Positions 17,767 through 24,977 of a stretch of DNA of 58,239 nt are shown one piece after another (within the stretch, counting starts at the first letter, position 1; each line of letters opens with the position of its first letter). Origin of the DNA: Candidatus Omnitrophota bacterium (GTDB lineage Bacteria; Omnitrophota; Gorgyraeia; Gygaellales; Profunditerraquicolaceae); assembly GCA_028716965.1 (NCBI GenBank), contig JAQUOV010000010.1, positions 1 to 58,239 on the forward strand. Direction: 5' to 3'. The notes beneath the pieces were generated by a model. The model was not told where the DNA came from. It did not search any database and was given only the letters and a program-made list of their open reading frames with translations. The position numbers and the translations under genes are program-made.

Positions 17767-18648
17767 TTAACTAATAAACTTAGGGTAATACAATCTCCAT
17801 TCTTTTGAATAATCTTTTTCAGACATCTCTCGATCTAAATAAAAATCATACTTAAGTCCGAGGTTCTTTAGTTTATTTATTTCATTTTGATCGTAAACTC
17901 CACTTTTTTCAAGAAGAAATCCTATTGCCTGATGATAAGGATAGACGAAAGGCATTTTTTTAAGCATCTTTATTAAGTTCTCAATAGAAATTCTATCTTT
18001 TGCTAATTTGTAACAATTTAGGATTTCTATTATACCATTCGTATATGATGGCCTAACAACAATGTCGATTAATGTTCTCTCTAAATTTGTTACACGTATT
18101 TTACTTTGATTAAAATATGTCTCTATAACACCACACATATTAGTATTTTGTCCGTTCAATAAATAAATCCTATATCCCTTAAAATCGGCTATATTAGCTG
18201 AAACTCTTTGAGTCCTTGAAAACGAAAAATCAATTTTTTCTTGTGTTAGAGAAGAGGAATAATTAGATTCCGAATTTCTTTTTTGTTCAAAATTTACATA
18301 TATTTTGTTTTGAGGGTCATTAATTAATTTATGAATATACAGGGCTGTTCGATGTGTATAATAAAGATTTTTTATGAATGAGAGGCAGTATGCCCATATG
18401 GGAGCGTCTCGCCAGACAAAAAGAGAATATTCCCGGGTCGGAAATTTAATAGATGTTAATTTTAAATCTGTGTGCTGTAGTAATAATTTTAAGAAAACAT
18501 AAGATGTTAAAGTTTTAGGCAAATCCCACTCTAATCTTTTGTTTTCTAAAATATTCACTATGTCGGCTAATTGAAAAACAGACTTTTGGCCCCTTTCGAA
18601 ATAATCTCTAATTAGACTTAGATTTTGTTCAAATTTAGAAATTTTCAT
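17767..18648 (-). CDS. AbiEi-like (type IV TA antitoxin family) DNA-binding protein, with no adjacent AbiEii partner
   Basis: 293 aa. YTHRTALYIHKL and VTNLERTLIDIVVRP, plus the C-terminal pattern (..LIKMLKKMPFVYPYHQAIGFLLEKSG..), resemble AbiEi antitoxin N- and C-terminal domains. The family call is from memory and has not been searched. Confidence 0.45.
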   Translation of the reverse strand: MKISKFEQNLSLIRDYFERGQKSVFQLADIVNILENKRLEWDLPKTLTSYVFLKLLLQHTDLKLTSIKFPTREYSLFVWRDAPIWAYCLSFIKNLYYTHRTALYIHKLINDPQNKIYVNFEQKRNSESNYSSSLTQEKIDFSFSRTQRVSANIADFKGYRIYLLNGQNTNMCGVIETYFNQSKIRVTNLERTLIDIVVRPSYTNGIIEILNCYKLAKDRISIENLIKMLKKMPFVYPYHQAIGFLLEKSGVYDQNEINKLKNLGLKYDFYLDREMSEKDYSKEWRLYYPKFIS

Positions 18649-18691
18649 ATATAAACGTGTGTTTCTTTAGGAAAAGCAACGTTGAGCTTCC

Positions 18692-18719
18692 ACTGATACA
18701 GTATATATACTGTATCAGT
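18692..18719. promoter_or_regulatory. Perfect 28-nt palindrome ACTGATACAGTATATATACTGTATCAGT in the divergent promoter region
   Basis: Read directly. It lies 44 nt upstream of the start of the AbiEi-like gene. Confidence 0.5.
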
Positions 18720-18758
18720 AGGAAATCAAGTTTTTTTTATTTATACACCTCATATATA

Positions 18759-18901
18759 ATACCCTATAAGGTATAATATTGTAAATTTAGGGCAGGTATT
18801 TTTTTCAACTATACCCTAAAGGGTATATATAAGTGTAATTTATCCCAATAGGGTATAATAATATAAGAAAAAGCTTGCAATTATACCCGAAAGGTGGTAT
18901 A
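18759..18901. promoter_or_regulatory. Four dyad operators of the form TATACCC-N4-GGGTATA upstream of hipB (18759-18775, 18810-18827, 18841-18857, 18882-18901)
   Basis: Site 2 is a perfect palindrome, TATACCCTAAAGGGTATA. Sites 1 and 3 overlap TATAAT -10 hexamers (18772-18777, 18854-18859). Confidence 0.55.
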
Positions 18902-18912
18902 GTTTTAATACC

Positions 18913-19158
18913 ATGGATCAAACGCCAATGCATATACAGATTAAGAGTCTACGGAAGAAATTAGGTTTAAATCAAGTTGATTTTGCAAAAAGAGTAGGAG
19001 TTGGTTTGCGTTTCTTAAGAGAACTCGAGAGAGGAAAAACCACTATTAGATTAGATAAGCTTAATCAGGTTCTGGATTTTTTAGGATTCCATCTAGAGTT
19101 GATGCGCAATGAAAATATAAAACCTGCCTCTAAGGATACAAATTTAAAGAAAATATGA
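18913..19158 (+). CDS. hipB: HipB-like XRE-family HTH protein
   Basis: 81 aa. IKSLRKKLGLNQVDFAKRVGVGLRFLRELERGKTTIRLDKLNQVLDFLG matches the y4mF/HipB-type HTH. ATGA overlap with the next gene. Confidence 0.8.
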   Translation: MDQTPMHIQIKSLRKKLGLNQVDFAKRVGVGLRFLRELERGKTTIRLDKLNQVLDFLGFHLELMRNENIKPASKDTNLKKI

Positions 19159-19478
19159 CCGAAATTAGAAAAGGGCAAGTTTTTTACAATAATGATTTGG
19201 CGGGAGAAATCAAAGAAACGAGTGAAGGGTATATCTTTGAATACAATAAAGAGTTCCTGAAAAAGAATACGCCCGTTTCGCTATCGTTGCCTCTTAGGGA
19301 GGAGCCTTACAAATCTAAAGAACTCTTTTCTTTCTTTAAAGGGCTCTTGCCTGAGGGTTGGTATTTAGATATTGTTGCCGCTACTCAAAAAATCGACAGG
19401 GAAGATTTATTTGGCGTACTGCTTTCTACTACTAGCGGGGATACAATTGGAGCTGTGACTGTAAGGAAAACAGAATAA
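19155..19478 (+). CDS. hipS: HipS-like protein (stand-alone HipA N-terminal 'couple' subdomain)
   Basis: 107 aa. VFYNNDLAGEIKET..GYIFEYNKEFL...PVSLSLPL...FFKGLLPEGW...GDTIGAVTV matches the HipA N-subdomain-1 pattern. Confidence 0.7.
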   Translation: MTEIRKGQVFYNNDLAGEIKETSEGYIFEYNKEFLKKNTPVSLSLPLREEPYKSKELFSFFKGLLPEGWYLDIVAATQKIDREDLFGVLLSTTSGDTIGAVTVRKTE

Positions 19479-19480
19479 GC

Positions 19481-20344
19481 ATGGGAATGAACAGAAAATT
19501 AATAAAAGAAATATTTGGTACTTCTGAATTGCCAGCAATAGAATTTAGCTTGAGAGAAGTATCTCAAAAAGCACAGCAATTGACAGGGAAACTATCTATT
19601 TCAGGAACACAGCCAAAATTATCTGTAAAACTTGACAAAGAAAGTAGCTCTTTAATTGTTGTTGCTGAGGGTGGGGAGTATATACTAAAACCACAAAATC
19701 CAGCTTTTCAAAATATTCCACAGAATGAACAGTGTTGCATGGATATGGCCGCGGAATTTAAAATAGACGTTCCGCCTCATTGTATCTTGCCTTTAAAAGA
19801 TGGAAGTTTGGCATATATTGTGAAAAGGTTTGATAGGGTATCTGGGATAAAAATACACCAGGAAGACTTCTCGCAAATTTTAGAAACGGACAAATATAAG
19901 GGGTCCATTGAACAAATTGGGAGAAAATTGAGCGAAACATCAACAGCGCCAGGATATGATACGCAATTGCTTTTTGAAAGAGCTGTCTTTAACTTCATTA
20001 TTGGTAATGGAGATGCTCATTTAAAAAATTATTCCATCGCCTATAAAGATAAAGATTCTATTCGTTTAACGCCAGCTTATGATATTGTCTGTTCAAAACT
20101 AGTTATCCCTACCGAAGAAGATTCTGCTTTGTCTATCAATGGCAAAAAGAATGGGTTGAAGAGAGATGATTTTGATAAACTAGCAGATTATTTAAATGTG
20201 CCAATAAAAATTCGGTATGAAAAGTTTCAAAAGAGCTTAACTGTTATGGAGCCGGTAATTAAGGCTTCAGATATCACAAAGGAAGATCAAGAGCAATTTA
20301 TTAAAATCATTAAGGAACGACTAGAACGTTTGGAATTAGCATAG
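19481..20344 (+). CDS. hipT: HipT-like Ser/Thr kinase toxin (HipA kinase core without N-subdomain 1)
   Basis: 287 aa. Gly-rich loop KLSISGTQPKLSV, catalytic GNGDAHLKNYS, and LTPAYDIV (the Mg-binding Asp). Confidence 0.75.
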   Translation: MGMNRKLIKEIFGTSELPAIEFSLREVSQKAQQLTGKLSISGTQPKLSVKLDKESSSLIVVAEGGEYILKPQNPAFQNIPQNEQCCMDMAAEFKIDVPPHCILPLKDGSLAYIVKRFDRVSGIKIHQEDFSQILETDKYKGSIEQIGRKLSETSTAPGYDTQLLFERAVFNFIIGNGDAHLKNYSIAYKDKDSIRLTPAYDIVCSKLVIPTEEDSALSINGKKNGLKRDDFDKLADYLNVPIKIRYEKFQKSLTVMEPVIKASDITKEDQEQFIKIIKERLERLELA

Positions 20345-20354
20345 AAATCGCTCT

Positions 20355-20433
20355 TAGAATCTCATCGAAGCTGAACGTTAATTCGCTTTCTATGTATGCA
20401 AAAAGCTCGGCATGCCGCACCGCCGAGTTTTTT
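20355..20433. repeat. Right arm of the 79-bp inverted repeat; includes the hipT terminator (CTCGGC..GCCGAG followed by TTTTTT, 20406-20433)
   Basis: Reverse complement of 17649-17727 with 2 mismatches. It starts 11 nt after the hipT stop codon. Confidence 0.85.
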
Positions 20434-20507
20434 ATTTGTTAAATTCTAAAACTACAATACATATGTTACACATAGGGTATAATAAAAACTAAAAAAAAGG
20501 ATGCCCT

Positions 20508-20870
20508 ATGTTAAATGACGAACATTTTATTAAAATGCGCCTTTTCTGGTTTACTCATAATACCGAGATTTCCAAAAAGGTTGCTAGAACCTGCCGCTAC
20601 TACGGTATCTCTAGAACCACCTATTACCGTTGGTATAACCGGTATCAAGAATATGGCGTTGAAGGCCTCAAGGACAGATCCCGGAGGCCAAGATTTAACC
20701 CTAGGACTACGCCTCGCGAAGTAGTTGAGAAAATTGTCTATCTAAGGCAATATTACCACTTTGGTCCAAGTAAAATTGAGATGTACCTAGCCAAGTATCA
20801 TAATATACGCGTAAGGGCTTCGACTATCTGGCGAATATTAAAAGTTCTGCATATGAACCGGCTCCCATGA
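20508..20870 (+). CDS. IS481-family transposase, N-terminal HTH part (frame broken at its end)
   Basis: ..CRYYGISRTTYYRWYNRYQEYGVEGLKDRSRRP.. It ends ..MNRLP* where intact IS481 transposases continue. Confidence 0.8.
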   Translation: MLNDEHFIKMRLFWFTHNTEISKKVARTCRYYGISRTTYYRWYNRYQEYGVEGLKDRSRRPRFNPRTTPREVVEKIVYLRQYYHFGPSKIEMYLAKYHNIRVRASTIWRILKVLHMNRLP

Positions 20871-21433
20871 ATCAGCGATACAAACCTTACAAAGATCGCT
20901 TCAAGCATTACGAAAAACCGTTACCTGGCCATCAATTACAAATTGACGTTAAATTCCTGGAGAAGATACCGGGGGTAACCTATAAGAAATATTATCAATT
21001 CTCAGCTATAGATGACTGTACGCGTATTAGGGTCTTAAAGATTTATGATAGCAATACGCAAATTAATGCCATTGATTTCTTAGGACACGTGCTGTCTAAG
21101 TTGCCTTTTCGTGTCCATTCTATCCAAACAGACAATGGAGCTGAATTCAAAAGCCAATTCCATTGGCATGTCTTGGATAAAGGCATTAGACACGTTTATA
21201 TACGCCCCGCCACACCCCGGTTGAATGGTAAGGTAGAACGTTCCCACCGCATAGATCAGGAAGAATTTTATCGCATGCTACAGGGTGTTGTAATCAATGA
21301 CACGGGCCTTTTTAATGAAAAACTCCAAGAATGGGAAAATTACTATAATTATCAAAGACCGCATGGAGCTCTTCAGGGCAAATCCCCTTTTGAGAGACTC
21401 CAAGAAAAATTAGGCTCTATGTGTAACGTATGA
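20867..21433 (+). CDS. IS481-family transposase, DDE (rve) catalytic part, -1 frame relative to the upstream part
   Basis: HQLQIDVKF, SAIDDCTR, IQTDNGAEF and NGKVERSH motifs. ATGA overlap with the upstream ORF. One extra base in the C run at 20864-20866 would fuse the two frames. Confidence 0.8.
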   Translation: MNQRYKPYKDRFKHYEKPLPGHQLQIDVKFLEKIPGVTYKKYYQFSAIDDCTRIRVLKIYDSNTQINAIDFLGHVLSKLPFRVHSIQTDNGAEFKSQFHWHVLDKGIRHVYIRPATPRLNGKVERSHRIDQEEFYRMLQGVVINDTGLFNEKLQEWENYYNYQRPHGALQGKSPFERLQEKLGSMCNV

Positions 21434-21463
21434 CTTGACAACCTACACCTTAAATCTTTCTTC

Positions 21464-21492
21464 TTGCAACCGTGAATGGTATTAGGTAGAAT
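21464..21492 (+). promoter_or_regulatory. Sigma70-like promoter TTGCAA-17-TAGAAT just outside the IS right end
   Basis: Hexamers and spacer counted by hand. No ORF follows before the hairpin/T-tract at 21577-21609. Confidence 0.4.
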
Positions 21493-21560
21493 TATAGCGA
21501 TGGTTTGTTGATCTTTCAGGTGGAGAGCCATACTTAGAATAGCCTTGTTTCTTGATAGAC

Positions 21561-21623
21561 GGAGCTACTAATTTAACCCCTTACAGCAAAAATGTTGCGA
21601 GGGGTTTTTATTTGGAGTAGAAT
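21561..21623 (+). promoter_or_regulatory. Repeated intergenic module, copy 1
   Basis: Components: GGAGCTACTAATTTAAC box; hairpin CCCCT..AGGGG followed by TTTTT; embedded promoter TTGCGA-17-TAGAAT. About 30 nt are nearly identical to the copies at 23874-23902 and 26749-26776. Confidence 0.6.
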
Positions 21624-21640
21624 ACAAAAAAGGAGGAGCA

Positions 21641-22047
21641 ATGCCAAAAAAATTATTTTTGTGGACACTTGTTACTGCTTTATGTTTTGTGACAACGGTT
21701 GCGTTTTCACAAAGTAATAAGCTGACAGAAGAACAAATAATCCAGATTGCATCAGCAAAGCAAGAGAGTTAGACTATAAAACAGACGGTATGAATATTAT
21801 ATATGATGAGGGCAACAAGAACATTAAAGAACATTTAGAGCGTATCGGAGTGTCCGCTTATAATGAAAAGACTAAAAAATGGGAGAAAGATTTACCTACC
21901 GTTCCGGAAAAAGAATACCCTGAGTTGAAAGATAAAGACTATCAATCAGTTTATCTTGCCCCAAAAGGAAGCGTTATGGGCGGAGACTTATGGGTATTTG
22001 TAGATAAGAACACAGGTGAGGTAATAAAGTATATAAGGGGTAAATAA
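21641..22047 (+). pseudogene. Small secreted PepSY-like protein split by a frameshift (signal-peptide ORF 21641-21772 plus ORF 21790-22047)
   Basis: A strong RBS (AAGGAGG) precedes MPKKLFLWTLVTALCFVTTVAFS..IASAKQES*. The +1 frame continues ..ISKARELDYKTDGMNIIYDEG.. One extra A in the run at 21757-21759 restores a single ORF. Confidence 0.5.
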
Positions 22048-22110
22048 TCTACCTATGTTAATATAGGCTCTGGCAGCTCCTTGCATAGTTTTTCTGCTTC
22101 CCATGCACCA

Positions 22111-22186
22111 CTTGCGCAATGCGTCCGTGATGAATGGAGCTATTAATTCCAACTACCTGTAATAGAAGATATCGCAGAGGTTTTTT
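22111..22186 (+). promoter_or_regulatory. Repeated intergenic module, copy A
   Basis: Components: 43-nt box CTTGCGCAATGCGTCCGTGATGAATGGAGCTATTAATTCCAAC; a degenerate hairpin; a T-tract. It aligns with 23813-23855. It lies directly upstream of the RBS of the 526-aa gene. Confidence 0.5.
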
Positions 22187-22207
22187 GTTAGAAAGCAGGA
22201 GGAAAAA

Positions 22208-23788
22208 ATGAAACTGCAGAATCTTAGAATAATACTGCTTATTTCAATAATGTCGGTTTTTGTTATGGACGCGGTTATTTTACAAAAATCTGTTTTTTGC
22301 CAATCGCAAGCAGGAAAATGCGGAGATGGCATTTGCGATGATTTTGAAAAAGCGCATCCTGATTTATGCCCGCAAGATTGTAAGCAGCCTGCATCAGATA
22401 ATATCCTGCAGCCGCTTTATAAAACAGCCGAGATATCTATTGATTATTCCAAAGAAAAAGGCGAGTTCAGTAAATATTTGTTTACAGTTGATTTGGAGGG
22501 TGACGAACATTCCTACAAACTTGCCAAAGAAGCCGGTTTTCAAGCAGCAGCTTTTATTCAATTTAATAGCAGCGACAGTTCTCACTTCGGCACACCGGAA
22601 ATGAAAATGTATCTTTTGGACAAATACCGCCTGGCAGGAGTAGATTATTGGGAAGTAGAAGCGGATAAGCCGCTTACACAGGTTGAATTGGAAGCCAAGG
22701 CAGCTGATATGTTGAGTAGAATTAATGCCCTGGAACAAAAATACCCCAACGCTAAAATCGGTGTCTTCCTCTTTGGCAACGAGCCGGATTTCCCATTTTC
22801 CGCACATAATACTCCACCTGAAGCCTGGCACTGGAAGGGTACGCAGGAGCAGTTCTTCCAGAACTATGAAATATTTGCCCGGTATCTTAAATCTAAGGAT
22901 AAAAACTATATTGTTGGTACGCCTGGTTTCGCTCCAGAAGTTTTCTTTCTACCTTCTGCTCCTTCCGATTGGCCGGAGAAACTGCTCAAGTATGTCTATG
23001 AGCATAATGTTCCGTTAGATTTTATTTCCTTCCATAGTTATTCTACGGATATTAAAATCAGTATTTCAGACCAAATCGATAAATTAAACCGCCTCTTAGA
23101 TATATACCCTGTAAAAAGCCCCATATTCGGCCGGCCCAAGATCGCCTGCAATGAGTACGATATTCGCGCCCAGGTCTTAACGGACAATACATATTACAAT
23201 TCATACGATACGGTTTGGCGTGCAGCTCATAACGTGCTGGGCGCTTTGTCCATGATTGATAAAGGTGTCTGGCTTATTAGTGAATGGGCCGGCCCTGTCC
23301 AATTTGTCGGCAAAGATGATCCATATGACATTAGCATGGCCTGGATCAGGAAAGATGGTTACATTAAGCCGGTTTATTACGGCCATAAGCTTTTGAATAA
23401 CTTGGCCAATACTATTCAGATAGATCAAACCGGCAGTAATTTCCAAACATTCGGCGTGATGGCGGGTAAGTCCGGAGACGGCAAGATTATTAATATTGTC
23501 ATCGCCAATTATGACGAGTATGGGGTTTTGCGGGAGCAAGGTAATGATTTTGGTTACCCCCCTCCTGTCAGGCAACCCAAGTCCACGCCCGTCTTTAACC
23601 GCTATAAGATTGCTATCAAAGGGCTGCCAATCTGCAAAAGTGAAAGAGTACAAGTAGAAAAATACTTGGTTGATCAAAATCATGAAGGAGAACTTGTTGA
23701 AACAACTTTTTTGCCTTGTCAGGAGGAGATAACCATTGAAGGTAATTCTAAGGCGCCTGATGTTCAGCTGATTAAAATTACGAGATAA
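22208..23788 (+). CDS. Secreted putative glycoside hydrolase (clan GH-A TIM-barrel, GH39/GH5-like) with an N-terminal Cys-rich module
   Basis: Signal peptide; CGDGICDDFEKAHPDLCPQDC module; FGNEPDF (candidate acid/base Glu) and IACNEYD (candidate nucleophile Glu). Confidence 0.5.
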   Translation: MKLQNLRIILLISIMSVFVMDAVILQKSVFCQSQAGKCGDGICDDFEKAHPDLCPQDCKQPASDNILQPLYKTAEISIDYSKEKGEFSKYLFTVDLEGDEHSYKLAKEAGFQAAAFIQFNSSDSSHFGTPEMKMYLLDKYRLAGVDYWEVEADKPLTQVELEAKAADMLSRINALEQKYPNAKIGVFLFGNEPDFPFSAHNTPPEAWHWKGTQEQFFQNYEIFARYLKSKDKNYIVGTPGFAPEVFFLPSAPSDWPEKLLKYVYEHNVPLDFISFHSYSTDIKISISDQIDKLNRLLDIYPVKSPIFGRPKIACNEYDIRAQVLTDNTYYNSYDTVWRAAHNVLGALSMIDKGVWLISEWAGPVQFVGKDDPYDISMAWIRKDGYIKPVYYGHKLLNNLANTIQIDQTGSNFQTFGVMAGKSGDGKIINIVIANYDEYGVLREQGNDFGYPPPVRQPKSTPVFNRYKIAIKGLPICKSERVQVEKYLVDQNHEGELVETTFLPCQEEITIEGNSKAPDVQLIKITR

Positions 23789-23812
23789 AATTGTATTGGG
23801 GTGAAAATACCG

Positions 23813-23902
23813 CTTGCGAAACTCGTCCGTGATGGGTGGAGCTATTAATTCCAACCCTCTGTGAGTAAAATGCTTGCAGAGGGTTTTTATTTGGAGTAAA
23901 AT
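23813..23902 (+). promoter_or_regulatory. Repeated intergenic module, copy B (most complete)
   Basis: Components: box CTTGCGAAACTCGTCCGTGATGGGTGGAGCTATTAATTCCAAC; hairpin CCCTCTG..CAGAGGG followed by TTTTT; promoter TTGCAG-17-TAAAAT. Hand alignment to the other copies. Confidence 0.6.
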
Positions 23903-23921
23903 TATAGAAAAGGGAATGTCT

Positions 23922-24869
23922 ATGAAAAAAACCATGGTTATATCGGCAATATTCTTCATCGTCATCTTTGCCGGCGGTATTATTAAAGACCAGATAATCA
24001 AGTCTGCGATAACAGTTATAGCAACGCAGGCAACCGGAGCACCGGTGCATATTGATGGGTTTTCTTTAGGTGTCTTTAGCCAATCTGTGCGTATATCCGG
24101 GCTTAAGGTGTATAATCCCAAAGGATTTCCTAAGGCCATTCTTGTGGATTTACCGAACATAAATGTCAGGTATGACTTGGGTGCTTTACTTAAGAAAAAA
24201 CTGCATTTGTTGAATGTCAGGGTTGAAATAAAGGAGATTGGCCTTGAGAAAAACAATGAAGGCAAATTGAATGTTGATGAACTGAGGGTAGTAAAGCAAG
24301 GAAGGGAGAAGGCAGGCAAGCCTTCTGAACAAATGCCTATGCAGATTGATATGCTTACTCTTAGCATGGGAAGGATTGTTTCTAAGGATTATAGTTCAGG
24401 AAGAGAGCCCATCGTTAAGGTATATGACATAAATATAGGTAAGAGTTACAAGAATATAACCAGCGTTCAACAGTTGGCAGCGCTTATATTGGCAGAACCT
24501 ATGAAGGCAGCCGGAATACAGGGAGCGGAGATTTATGGAGTTGCTATGTTGTCTGGCGTGGCGGTTTTGCCGGTTGCTGTCGCTGTAACACTTATAGGAA
24601 GAGATAGCGCTCAACAGGATTTTATCTCTACTTTTGATAATGTATACAGAAGAAGCCTGGAGGTTTTAAAGCGCAAAGGTAATCTCACCAGGGAAGATAA
24701 ATTGCGAGGCGTTATTAGCGCAACTATAAATTCCACTCAAATAACCGTAAAGATTAAAAAGAAAACAGGTAGCAAGACCCAGGTTATTATTTCCGCAAGA
24801 AAATACCTGCTTCCTAAGCCAGAAATAGCAGGTGGAGTCCTTTACGAGATTTCCGAGAAGTTAAAGTAA
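23922..24869 (+). CDS. Membrane-anchored hypothetical protein (AsmA-like N-terminal region)
   Basis: The ORF-track start (TTG 23874) lies inside the promoter module. ATG 23922 follows the RBS AAGGGA. N-terminal TM helix, then ..ATGAPVHIDGFSLGVFSQSVRISGLKVYNPKGF.. resembling AsmA/DUF748-type N-termini. Confidence 0.4.
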   Translation: MKKTMVISAIFFIVIFAGGIIKDQIIKSAITVIATQATGAPVHIDGFSLGVFSQSVRISGLKVYNPKGFPKAILVDLPNINVRYDLGALLKKKLHLLNVRVEIKEIGLEKNNEGKLNVDELRVVKQGREKAGKPSEQMPMQIDMLTLSMGRIVSKDYSSGREPIVKVYDINIGKSYKNITSVQQLAALILAEPMKAAGIQGAEIYGVAMLSGVAVLPVAVAVTLIGRDSAQQDFISTFDNVYRRSLEVLKRKGNLTREDKLRGVISATINSTQITVKIKKKTGSKTQVIISARKYLLPKPEIAGGVLYEISEKLK

Positions 24870-24911
24870 GTTAAACTAATTAATTATTCGTTTTCTTTTA
24901 GATAAAGCCTT

Positions 24912-24944
24912 TTGTGCAACTCGTCCATGACGGGGGAGTAGAAT
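24912..24944 (+). promoter_or_regulatory. Repeated intergenic module, copy C (5' box fused directly to GGAGTAGAAT)
   Basis: TTGTGCAACTCGTCCATGACGGGGGAGTAGAAT aligns with the 5' boxes of copies A and B. It contains the dyad CGTC-cat-GACG. Confidence 0.5.
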
Positions 24945-24977
24945 AAAATATTATAGATAACCAAAAAGGAGGGCAGG

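Larger units (their letters stand above)
20455..21437 (+). mobile_element. IS481-family insertion sequence (~0.98 kb) with ~21-bp imperfect terminal inverted repeats
   Basis: IRL CAATACATATGTTACACATAG (20455-20475) against the reverse complement of IRR CAAGTCATACGTTACACATAG (21417-21437). It encloses HTH and DDE transposase ORFs. No clear target-site duplication was seen. Confidence 0.75.

Noticed and set aside
18759-18901. Short repeated units that might be mistaken for a mini CRISPR array
   Set aside because: The repeats are 17-20-nt imperfect palindromes with irregular 14-34-nt spacing, lying in a divergent promoter region. No cas genes are present. They are interpreted as operators.
23201-24367. 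388-aa ORF on the - strand, the longest antisense ORF in the window
   Set aside because: It runs antisense across the 3' part of the glycosidase-like gene, the conserved intergenic module, and the next + strand gene. Its translation is low complexity and Ser/Leu/Ile-rich with no motifs or RBS. It is a shadow ORF.
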